Of a DNA stretch of 43,549 nt, positions 35,530-43,549 are shown piece after piece. The notes beneath the pieces are model-generated. The model did not search any database. It was not told the DNA's origin and saw nothing but the letters and a program-made list of their open reading frames with translations. The stretch spans positions 1-43,549 of the forward strand of contig JANOTL010000199.1 in the NCBI GenBank assembly GCA_031416315.1, read 5' to 3'. Origin of the DNA: Pseudomonadota bacterium (GTDB lineage Bacteria; Bdellovibrionota_B; Oligoflexia; Oligoflexales; CAIYRB01). The number at the start of each line of letters is the position of its first letter. Within the stretch, counting starts at the first letter, position 1. A program made the translations under genes and the position numbers.

Positions 35530-36624
35530 TCACTCCAGCGGCAGACGCGTCACGCAAAAGAGCTGACTGCCCTGGCAACCTCGAATGGCTCCGTCCGTGC
35601 CCGAAGCCCCGCCGCAGTCCGCGACGCTGCCGATCGGCTCGCTGCCGGCGGGGCAAACGGGCGCGTCGAGGTGCGCGTTCTCGGCGGTCATCGCGAAGTT
35701 GGTGATGATCTTGGCGCCGGGCGTCAGCTCGTCGAGATTCTTGCGCGTGGCGCAGATGAGTTGGTTGCCGAAGCATTTTCCGCCGCCGCAATCCGGGACG
35801 CCGCCGACCTGGACGCTGGGCGCCGGACAGGCGATGCCGCCGACGATGTGCGTGTTTTGCGGCGTCATCGTCAGGTCGGTGAGCACGGAGACTTTCGGGT
35901 CGAGTTCGAGCGTCGTCGCCTTGCGGCAGAAGACCAGGTTGCCGAAGCAGGAGACGGTGCCGTTGCCCGAGCATTCGCCGAGGCTGCCGGTAGTTTCGTA
36001 GCCTTCCGGGCAGGGGAGTCCGCCAACTTTCTTGGTGCCTTCGGGCGTGCTCTGGAGCCAGTCGGCGAAGACGACGGTGCCCTTCAGCTTCTTCAAGATG
36101 GGATCGAGCTCGTCGTTGACGATGGTGAGATCGCTCGAGGTCGTTGCGTCGTCGACGACATCGACGACATTGTTCGCGGACGTCGTCTTGTCGAGCGTGC
36201 TGAGGCTTACGACCTCGGCCGGGGGATTCTTCGGGTCGTACACCACGACGTCGATCTTCTTCGCGTCGTCGCACGACAGCTCGACCTTTCCGGCCTTCTC
36301 GCCCTTCACGTCGGCGCCTTTGACTGACGCGACGGCGTCGCCGCCTTTGCAGTCCTTCGCGCTCGGCGGCAGGGCCACTGTGCCGCCTAGTGGCACGTAG
36401 AGCGTCTTGGCGTCAGGCGAGGGAAAGCCTTTCGCGGGATCGCGCACGGTCGTCGACGGCTTCGACGGCTTGGCGGACGAGCCGCTGTCGTCGTCGTCGT
36501 CATCGTCGCCGGGCTTCGCGGTGTTGTTCTCAGACGCGGTTTCTTTTTTGCTCGCGCCGGTAAAGCCGCCATCGGAGCAGGCAATCATCGATCCAAGCGC
36601 AAGAATGACGAGGTGTTTACGCAT
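35530..36624 (-). CDS. Lipoprotein with three Cys-rich repeats
   Basis: Lipobox-like SMIAC; poly-Asp linker; CP..(G)...G...C.G..C.G....C x3. Confidence 0.75.
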   Translation of the reverse strand: MRKHLVILALGSMIACSDGGFTGASKKETASENNTAKPGDDDDDDDSGSSAKPSKPSTTVRDPAKGFPSPDAKTLYVPLGGTVALPPSAKDCKGGDAVASVKGADVKGEKAGKVELSCDDAKKIDVVVYDPKNPPAEVVSLSTLDKTTSANNVVDVVDDATTSSDLTIVNDELDPILKKLKGTVVFADWLQSTPEGTKKVGGLPCPEGYETTGSLGECSGNGTVSCFGNLVFCRKATTLELDPKVSVLTDLTMTPQNTHIVGGIACPAPSVQVGGVPDCGGGKCFGNQLICATRKNLDELTPGAKIITNFAMTAENAHLDAPVCPAGSEPIGSVADCGGASGTDGAIRGCQGSQLFCVTRLPLE

Positions 36625-36693
36625 AGGTCAAACATCGGAATTTCCTGGGATCGGCCTTAGGGATTTCTCGAGATCTGCGCAACACCATGAACT

Positions 36694-37227
36694 TTAAGGG
36701 GTTTGGTCGAGATTCTTTTTGATCATATCGATCATGGCGTCGATGTCCGACTTCGCGAATTTCCCGTCCTTCGCGAAAAGTACCTTGCCCTGCTTGTCGA
36801 AGACGAGGACGTCGTAGCTGTCGTCCGTCATCTTCCACTCTTTGACGAGGACGCGCTTCAGATCCTTCACGTAGACCGTGTCGGGATACTTTTCCTGCTT
36901 CGACTCGAGCGACGAGGCGATCGCCGCGTTCGGCAACCAGGTCGCGTCCATGTTGATGACCGCCGTCGAGGCGTACTTGGCCGCGGGGAACTTCTGGTCG
37001 GCGAGCGCCGTCTCCAGGGCTTCGTTGGCGTCCTTCTCGTCAGGGTCGACGTAGAAGAAGGCCCAGATCTTGCCCTTCAAAGAGTCGCTCGACCATTCCT
37101 TGCCGCTGATCAGGCCGCCGCTTTCGCCGCCGATCTTCACCGTCGGCGGCTTGTCGCCGACTTTCGGGCCCGCGAGCGCCGGCGTTGCAAGGGCGAGAGA
37201 CAAAGAAGCGAGCGTAAAAATGCGCAT
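36694..37227 (-). CDS. YtfJ-family (thioredoxin-like) secreted protein
   Basis: Signal peptide; WSSDSLKGK, KFPAAKYASTAVINMD, VLVFDKQGKVLFAKDG; AGGAG upstream. Confidence 0.75.
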   Translation of the reverse strand: MRIFTLASLSLALATPALAGPKVGDKPPTVKIGGESGGLISGKEWSSDSLKGKIWAFFYVDPDEKDANEALETALADQKFPAAKYASTAVINMDATWLPNAAIASSLESKQEKYPDTVYVKDLKRVLVKEWKMTDDSYDVLVFDKQGKVLFAKDGKFAKSDIDAMIDMIKKNLDQTP

Positions 37228-37377
37228 GTCGACTCCTAGAAAAGAGTCCCGACGCTACCTCCCGCTCGCGCGGCGCGTCAATTATTTTGCAAATACATAG
37301 AGTTGGATTGACTCATGGCGAATTTCGCGGCGTGGTGGTCTAATCCACCGCTGAATCCCAGGGGAAAGGAGGCCGTC

Positions 37378-38010
37378 GTGCTGCAACGCAGATGCTTCGT
37401 CGTCATGGCCGGCCGCTCGACCCGCGGCGACTCGACGCGATTTTGCGGCTTCACCGACCCGCCGCTCTCGCTCGAAGGCCGCAAGGTGATCCTCGCCCTG
37501 CGCGAAGATCAGGCGACGACGGGCCGACGGCTGCCGCCCATCTGGTACGTCTCCGACCGTCGCCGCGCCGTCGAGACCTTCGAGATCCTGACCGCGGGCG
37601 CGCGCGCTCCCGTCGTCCGCCTGACCGAAAAGCTGCGCGAGATCAACTTCGGCGACTACGAGAACCTGACCTGGGAAGAGCTGCCGCAAGACTTCCAGCG
37701 CCACTACGAAGCCTGCCTGCGTGCGCCGATGGAGCTGAAGTTCCCGCGGGGCGAAGGCTTCCGTGACATGTGTGACCGCGTCTCTGCCGGCGCGCTCGAG
37801 ATCCTTTCCTATGAGGACGACGACTCCGACATCGGCATCGTCGGCCATCAGGGCAGTATGCGCCTTTGGTTCATGATGGCGCAGGGCCTGCCCCCCGAGA
37901 CCTTCTTCGACGACACGCCCGAGCTCGGCAAAGGCGCCTGGCTCGACATCGGCGTCCAACACGTGGCGCAATGGCGACGCAAACACCTGAATCCCCCGGG
38001 CGGGCTCTGA
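37378..38010 (+). CDS. Histidine phosphatase (PGM/CobC-like) family protein with degenerate catalytic motif
   Basis: G.TDPPLSLEG, SDRRRAVET, LREINFGDYENLT, FPRGE, VGHQG; RHG replaced by MAG; GTG 37378 follows GGAGG. Confidence 0.8.
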   Translation: MLQRRCFVVMAGRSTRGDSTRFCGFTDPPLSLEGRKVILALREDQATTGRRLPPIWYVSDRRRAVETFEILTAGARAPVVRLTEKLREINFGDYENLTWEELPQDFQRHYEACLRAPMELKFPRGEGFRDMCDRVSAGALEILSYEDDDSDIGIVGHQGSMRLWFMMAQGLPPETFFDDTPELGKGAWLDIGVQHVAQWRRKHLNPPGGL

Positions 38011-38255
38011 GCCCGACCCGAGACCTCCGGAAGACCTGGGCGGCGCGCGCGGCGGCGATCGGCTTCGTGCTCGCCATCGCGTTCGGCAACCTTTGGGCTG
38101 CGAATGCGATGATGGCGAACCCGCCGCCGGAATGGGTGCGGCTCGGCTTCTCGGTCGGGATGATCGTGGCGGCATTGTCGGGATTGTGGCTGGCCGGTGT
38201 GGCCATTTATTGGCGCCTCGCGCCTCGAGCTGAAATCCGTGAGGACCTCCCGTGA
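37971..38255 (+). CDS. Small two-TM hypothetical protein (start uncertain)
   Basis: Two hydrophobic segments; fills the gap; GTGA overlap with the helicase gene. Confidence 0.55.
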   Translation: MATQTPESPGRALSPTRDLRKTWAARAAAIGFVLAIAFGNLWAANAMMANPPPEWVRLGFSVGMIVAALSGLWLAGVAIYWRLAPRAEIREDLP

Positions 38256-39649
38256 GGATCGATTTCTCGCGCGGCACACTCGTCGTCGACGGCGCGGGCA
38301 AGGACGCCAAGCTCGCCGGCGGCTTCGTTTGGGACGATCGCACCCTGCAGTGGCGCGCTCCTGCGGTCGCCTACCGTGAGTTGATCCTCGACTGCGTGGA
38401 AAAAAATACCCGATACGAAGACGCTGCGCGCGCTTACGACCGAGTTCCGCTCGAGCTCACCATCCCCATCACGCCGCGTCCGCATCAGGTGGAGGCCTTA
38501 AAATCTTGGGTCGACTCTGGCCGCCGCGGCGTCGTGCAGCTCCCGACGGGCGCCGGCAAGACCATCCTGGCCCTCCTCGCCATCATGCAAACCGGCAGGC
38601 CGACGCTCATCGTCGTGCCGACGATCGACCTCTTGCAGCAGTGGCAAGACGTGCTGCAAAAGCATCTGCGCTCCACGGACGGCAAGCCGCTCGTCGTCGG
38701 CACTCTGGGCGGCGGCACGCGCGATCTGCGTGACGTCACGGTCGCGACCTTCGACAGCGCCGCGTTGATGATCGAGACGATCGGCAACCGCTTTGGCCTT
38801 CTCGTCGTCGACGAGTGCCATCACCTGCCCGCGCCGCAGTATCAAATGATCGCGGTCGGCGCGATCGCTCCGTTTCGCCTCGGGCTTTCGGCGACCGTCG
38901 AGCGCGCCGACGGCAAGGAGGCGCGCATCTTCGAGCTCCTCGGGCCGAAGGTGTATGAGGCGCGCATCGATCAAATGGTCGCGACCGTGCTCGCTCCCTA
39001 CGACGTCGTCAGCCTCGAAGTGCCGCTGTCGAAGGCCGAGGCTGTGGCCTATCAGGCGGCTCGTGAGACATACTTAGCCTTCGTACGGCGCATGCGCATT
39101 CCCATCGCGCAGCCTGGCGGTTGGCAGCGCTTCGTGCAACTTGCCTCGCGTATGCCCGATGGACGTGAGGCCTTGAAGGCCCATCGCGAGCAAAAGCGAT
39201 TGGCGCAAGCCTCTTCGGCCAAGCTCGGCGAGCTCTGGCGCATTCTGGGCGAGCACGCCGAGGACAAATCGATCGTCTTCACCGACGACAACACCATGGC
39301 CTACCGCATCGGCCGCGAGTTTCTTTTGCCCGTGCTCACGCACCAGACGCGCTTGAAAGAGCGCAAGCAAATGCTCGAGCGCTTTCGCAACGGCGACGTC
39401 AACGTCCTCGTCACCTCGAAGGTGCTGAACGAGGGTGTCGACGTGCCGGACGCCGGCGTCGGCATCGTCATCTCCGGCTCTGGCGGCGTGCGCGAGCATG
39501 TGCAGCGCCTAGGCCGCATCCTGCGACATCGTCCCGGAAAACGTGCAGTTCTCTACGAACTGGTCTCGCGCGGCACGAGCGAGCGGTGGACCAACGAACG
39601 GCGAAAACAGCATCATGCTTACCAAGGAACACCTGAAGTATCGGGTTAG
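38252..39649 (+). CDS. SF2 DEAH-type helicase, XPB/Rad25-like
   Basis: WDDRTLQWRAPAVAY N-terminus, LPTGAGKT, VVPTIDLLQQW, VVDECHHL, RLGLSATVER, VLNEGVDVP, VQRLGRILR, AVLYELV. Confidence 0.92.
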   Translation: MRIDFSRGTLVVDGAGKDAKLAGGFVWDDRTLQWRAPAVAYRELILDCVEKNTRYEDAARAYDRVPLELTIPITPRPHQVEALKSWVDSGRRGVVQLPTGAGKTILALLAIMQTGRPTLIVVPTIDLLQQWQDVLQKHLRSTDGKPLVVGTLGGGTRDLRDVTVATFDSAALMIETIGNRFGLLVVDECHHLPAPQYQMIAVGAIAPFRLGLSATVERADGKEARIFELLGPKVYEARIDQMVATVLAPYDVVSLEVPLSKAEAVAYQAARETYLAFVRRMRIPIAQPGGWQRFVQLASRMPDGREALKAHREQKRLAQASSAKLGELWRILGEHAEDKSIVFTDDNTMAYRIGREFLLPVLTHQTRLKERKQMLERFRNGDVNVLVTSKVLNEGVDVPDAGVGIVISGSGGVREHVQRLGRILRHRPGKRAVLYELVSRGTSERWTNERRKQHHAYQGTPEVSG

Positions 39650-40811
39650 GGCGGGGCGTCTCCATCCTGCCTTCATCGAGCCGATCGATGCCGCCGCGCG
39701 CGCGACGGCTGCGGCGATGGTCGACGTGTTCGCCTCGGCGGCTGGATCGACCGTCGACGAGTTGGAGGAGCTCGCGTCCGAGGCCGCCGGCCCGGGCGTC
39801 GGTGCCGCCTTCGCCAAGCTCCTCATGGACCGCTGCGAGGTCGGCCCGGACGATCCATCGGTCGAAGATCTGCGTTGGCAGGTGTTCGCAGCTGCAGCCA
39901 GGATGCGTCGCGGCTCGGGGCGCTACGTCGCGCCTTCAGTTTTTCGCGAGCGCGTTGCGGCGGAAGTCGACGTCGACGCCCAGGGTCTCCCTGAGAGACT
40001 CTACTCGGACCTGCCGGGCTGCCGCAAAGTTCGGCAAGTGCCCGCGCTATCGGCGGAGAGCCTCGTCACGCGCTACAACGTGGCACAGGTGCAAGGGCTG
40101 CTCTTGCAGTCGAAGTCGCTCACGATCACGATCGGAAAAGACGTGAGCCAGGCGGAGAAGCGCGCCCTCTTCCGCCAAATCCGCTTTCACCGCCTTCTCT
40201 GCCAGGTCGTGCCTGGTGACGCGGAAGCTGGTGAAAGCGTGACGCTTTCGGGGCCGCTCGACCTGTTCGATCAGGCCAGCGTTTATGGCCTCCGCCTCGC
40301 GAACTTCTTCCCGCACGTCGTGCGACTCGGGTCGTGGAAGCTCGAGGCGACGGTCCACCTTAAGAAGCGTGATCTCGTGCTGAAGCTCGATCAAAAGGCC
40401 GGACTGCAGGTCGAGGGTCCGACGCGCGGCGTCTACGTGCCCGAAGAGTTGACGGCCCTCATCGACGGTTTCAACAAGCAACACGAAGGCCGTTGGCGTA
40501 TGGCGCCTGCCGACGAGTTCGTGCATTTGGGACGCGAGTCCTACTGTTTTCCCGATCTAACGATTACTAGCTATGACGGGAAGCAACGCCGTCATGTCGA
40601 GCTCTTCCACTGCTGGCACAAGGCGCAGCTCGCCATGCGCCTCGAAACCTTGGAAACGGTCGTCGAATGCGGCCTAATCATCGGCGTCGCCAAAGCCGTC
40701 GCGGCGGCGCCGGAGCTGAAGGAGCGCCTGGCCAAGTCGGCGACGTTCGCCCGTCGCGGCTTCCTTTTTGCCGAATTTCCCACCCCGCGGCAGCTCGCGT
40801 CGCATCTGTAA
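39615..40811 (+). CDS. DUF790 / Bax1-like endonuclease
   Basis: MLTKEHL, LYSDLP, RYNVAQVQGLL, LSGP..LF..YGLRLANFFP..W.LEA, FPDL..VELF PD-(D/E)xK-like core; overlaps the helicase gene. Confidence 0.85.
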   Translation: MLTKEHLKYRVRAGRLHPAFIEPIDAAARATAAAMVDVFASAAGSTVDELEELASEAAGPGVGAAFAKLLMDRCEVGPDDPSVEDLRWQVFAAAARMRRGSGRYVAPSVFRERVAAEVDVDAQGLPERLYSDLPGCRKVRQVPALSAESLVTRYNVAQVQGLLLQSKSLTITIGKDVSQAEKRALFRQIRFHRLLCQVVPGDAEAGESVTLSGPLDLFDQASVYGLRLANFFPHVVRLGSWKLEATVHLKKRDLVLKLDQKAGLQVEGPTRGVYVPEELTALIDGFNKQHEGRWRMAPADEFVHLGRESYCFPDLTITSYDGKQRRHVELFHCWHKAQLAMRLETLETVVECGLIIGVAKAVAAAPELKERLAKSATFARRGFLFAEFPTPRQLASHL

Positions 40812-40921
40812 GTCGTGGCAAGACCCTGTGGTAATGTTGGAAAGCGTCCTTCCGAAACGAAGGGCGGATCGTAACGGAGAGCGCCCATTTGAAGCGGAAA
40901 GCCGAAGACAAGTCGAAGCCG

Positions 40922-42190
40922 ATGAGCGGAACCGTCAAGGCGGCGGTGAAAGCGTCGGTTCCTCCCGGACCGAATCGGGGCTCGCCGGCGCCGCGCACGA
41001 CGCGTGAGACCGGGTACGTTCGTCACAAGGATCAGGAGAAGCTCCGCGCGCTCGTCGAAGGCCAGCGCGACGTCGCGACGCGCCTCGAGGGCGTCGACGA
41101 GCAAGTCTACGGCGCCGCCGCGATGGATCTGCATCGGGCGCTGAAAAAGGCCCGGGGCAAGCGCCTCCTCATTTGCATCAAGGGCTATCCCGATCCGGAC
41201 AACATCGCGACCTCGCTCTGCCTGCAGTGGCTCGCGAAGCACTACGACATCGACTGCACCATCCTTCACTTCGAGTCGATCTCGCACCACGAGAACAAGG
41301 CGCTGGTCAAAAAGCTCGACCTCGATCTGGTCGAGTATGAAGACGGCTTCGACGTCTCCTCCTATCACTACTATGCGATCAACGATTCGCAGACGACCGA
41401 CTTGCCGATCAAGTTGCCGGCCGAGTGCCGCCTCCTGGCCTTCATCGATCACCATAAGCCGCTCGGCGTGATCGACGGCGAGTTCGTCGACATCCGCGAG
41501 AACTCTGGCTCGACCTCCGCGATTTACGGCGAGTATCTGATCGAAGGACCCCTCGGCTTCACCGGCGACTCGGCGACCGAGACGCGTATCGCGACGGCCC
41601 TCATGCACGGCGTGCGCAGCGATACGGATAACTTCGTCAACGCGACTCCGCTCGACTACCGTGCCAGCGAATACTTCGCGCAATACGTGGACAAGGACCT
41701 GTTGTCCTTGATCTCGCATCAGTCGATCCCGGCGAAGACCATGGATCTCACCCAGATTGCCTTGCAGCGCAAGGACATCCGGTCGACGTTCATGTTCTCC
41801 GGCGTCGGCTTCGTCCGCGACGAGGACCGCGACGGCATCGGCCAATGCGCGGACTATCTGTTGCACCGAGAAGGCATCGAGACCGTCGTCGTCTACGGCG
41901 TCGTCGGCAACCTGGTGATCGACGGCTCGCTACGGACGAAGTCGCACACGCTCGACCCTGACCGTTGGCTGAAGGACGTCTTCGGAACCGACGAGCACGG
42001 CAAGTATTACGGCGGCGGCCGCAAGGACAAGGGGGGCTTTCAGATCCCGCTCGGTGTCTTCGCGCGTTGCAACGACCGCGAGCTCCTCTGGATTCTGATC
42101 AAAAAGACGATCGACGAGCTCTTCTACCAGAAAATCGGCATCGAAGAGTCCGCCTCGATCGACAACGACATCAATCCGCCGAAGGTCTGA
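40922..42190 (+). CDS. DHH-family phosphoesterase (start 40889 or 40922)
   Basis: PDPD, ISHHENKA, IDHH, GSTSAI, GVRSDT, GSLRT, GGGR..GG. Confidence 0.9.
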   Translation: MSGTVKAAVKASVPPGPNRGSPAPRTTRETGYVRHKDQEKLRALVEGQRDVATRLEGVDEQVYGAAAMDLHRALKKARGKRLLICIKGYPDPDNIATSLCLQWLAKHYDIDCTILHFESISHHENKALVKKLDLDLVEYEDGFDVSSYHYYAINDSQTTDLPIKLPAECRLLAFIDHHKPLGVIDGEFVDIRENSGSTSAIYGEYLIEGPLGFTGDSATETRIATALMHGVRSDTDNFVNATPLDYRASEYFAQYVDKDLLSLISHQSIPAKTMDLTQIALQRKDIRSTFMFSGVGFVRDEDRDGIGQCADYLLHREGIETVVVYGVVGNLVIDGSLRTKSHTLDPDRWLKDVFGTDEHGKYYGGGRKDKGGFQIPLGVFARCNDRELLWILIKKTIDELFYQKIGIEESASIDNDINPPKV

Positions 42191-42195
42191 GCGGC

Positions 42196-42711
42196 ATGTA
42201 CGCCTTGCTGATCGCGGCCGCCGTGTCTGCGGGATTCGTCGACTCCGTCGCCGGCGTCTACAAGACGCGGTTCAAGAACGCTCTGGTCGACGGCTCGAAG
42301 TACGACTCCGAGAACATCCTCGAGGTCGTCCCGTTCGGGGACGGCGCGGCCTACGTGCGTATGGATTTGCAGTTCTTCAACGGACACGTGGGCGGGATCT
42401 CCGGGATCGCGACCTTCGATGCGAAAGCCGGCGACACCTTGATCTACGACGGCCCTGGCGACTCGGAGAAAGTGCGCTGCGTCGTGAAGTACGTATTCAC
42501 GGATAAGTCCGTGAAGACCGAGGCGACCTACCCGGGCTGCTCGACGTACCACGGCGCGCGCGGGACCTTGACCGGCGCCGAGTGGCCAGCCAAGGCGAAG
42601 CGTGCGATCAAGTACATGGAGCGGTTGAAAAAATCGAGCCAGTACGGTGCGGCCGTGACGGAATTCGAGGCGAAGGCGCCGCCGCAGCCGACGGCGCCTC
42701 CCACGAAGTAG
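42196..42711 (+). CDS. Hypothetical secreted protein
   Basis: ATG 42196, short signal-like N-terminus, two Cys, codon usage like core genes. Confidence 0.65.
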   Translation: MYALLIAAAVSAGFVDSVAGVYKTRFKNALVDGSKYDSENILEVVPFGDGAAYVRMDLQFFNGHVGGISGIATFDAKAGDTLIYDGPGDSEKVRCVVKYVFTDKSVKTEATYPGCSTYHGARGTLTGAEWPAKAKRAIKYMERLKKSSQYGAAVTEFEAKAPPQPTAPPTK

Positions 42712-42712
42712 C

Positions 42713-43549
42713 TCACTCGACGCAGGGGATGAACCCACTGGTAACGACCGGTACCAGTCCGCGGCTGAGCGTGCACCACTGCTCGGTGACCTCGGCTTTG
42801 TCGCTGGCGTTGAACGCATCGATCCGCGGACTTTCGTGGTGATAGCGCACGGTCACGACCTGCTCAGGGCGGCCAGCGAAGACTTCGCGTACTCCGTCGA
42901 GATGGTGCGGGCGGTCGTCGACGAAGACAATTGCTGAGACTGTCGTCGAAGTCTTCGCGAGCAAGCTGCGGAGCATCTCGCCCTTGTGCTGGCCTTGAGT
43001 CAGCATGATGCCGTTCTCGTAGATCACTGTCTTCTGTGCCCCTTCGGGCACGTACGTGCCGGCATATCCGCCCCGTGGGCCCGGTGCGGTCCGCTCCAAG
43101 TGAATGCCATTCCGGGATAGCTCGCGAACGGTAGCGTCGCGCAGGTCCGGCATCCGAGAGGTCAGCGCCATGAACTTCACGCCGCGCTCTTGGTACGCGG
43201 CGACGGTCGGCGGCAGCGCCGGTTCCGTGGCGTGCATCTTCGTCATCGTGAGAATCCAGCCCTGCACCGTGAGCAGCTCTTCGACGCTCGTCGCAACGGT
43301 GCCGCGGCTGAAGTCCAGCGCCTTGATGCGCGCAGCCTGCCACTGGAACCAGTGCTCGCTCGCAATGTCGCCGTCAGTCGCGGCGAGCGTGTTGTCGATG
43401 TCGAAGACAACCAAGACGCTTTCGGGACCGTGCGCCTCGACGGCAGAGTCGATCTCGTGAGCGACCCGATTGAATGATTCGGTGTCGACGTGGGGCGTCG
43501 GCGTAACGGGGCTAGAAATGAATAAAGACAATGAAAATAGAATGTTGTT
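42713..43549 (-). CDS. HAD-superfamily hydrolase, DUF2608-like; 5' end outside the window
   Basis: VVFDIDNTL, ALTSR, HKG, IVFVDDR; reading frame stays open to the window edge. Confidence 0.8.
   Translation of the reverse strand, partial: NNILFSLSLFISSPVTPTPHVDTESFNRVAHEIDSAVEAHGPESVLVVFDIDNTLAATDGDIASEHWFQWQAARIKALDFSRGTVATSVEELLTVQGWILTMTKMHATEPALPPTVAAYQERGVKFMALTSRMPDLRDATVRELSRNGIHLERTAPGPRGGYAGTYVPEGAQKTVIYENGIMLTQGQHKGEMLRSLLAKTSTTVSAIVFVDDRPHHLDGVREVFAGRPEQVVTVRYHHESPRIDAFNASDKAEVTEQWCTLSRGLVPVVTSGFIPCVE

Overview
GC-rich bacterial chromosome segment. The gene content (TPR plus winged-helix regulator, PilZ protein, many secreted Cys-rich proteins and lipoproteins) suggests Bdellovibrionota/Oligoflexia or another delta-proteobacteria-like lineage; this is inference only. 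Core block: rimP-nusA-infB-rbfA-truB-metK, then a HAMP membrane protein-ruvA-ruvB-conserved membrane protein operon, then a porin/solute-binding protein/LytS-LytTR sensing module and a trhO-like gene. An accessory stretch (~23.0-31.2 kb) lies between two identical 24-bp direct repeats. It holds a small GIY-YIG nuclease gene enclosed by 79-bp hairpin-bearing inverted repeats (best candidate for a novel element), a TagF-like protein, a SAM methyltransferase, a large secreted coiled-coil protein with a Cys/His tip domain, a lipoprotein and an IS91-family transposase remnant absent from the ORF track. The right part has an EEP nuclease lipoprotein, uppP, a YtfJ-like protein, a histidine pseudo-phosphatase, an XPB-like helicase plus Bax1/DUF790 nuclease pair, a DHH phosphoesterase and a HAD/DUF2608 protein. 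The window opens in a 7-bp tandem repeat. No rRNA, intact tRNA or CRISPR array was seen. All calls come from reading motifs by eye, without database searches.
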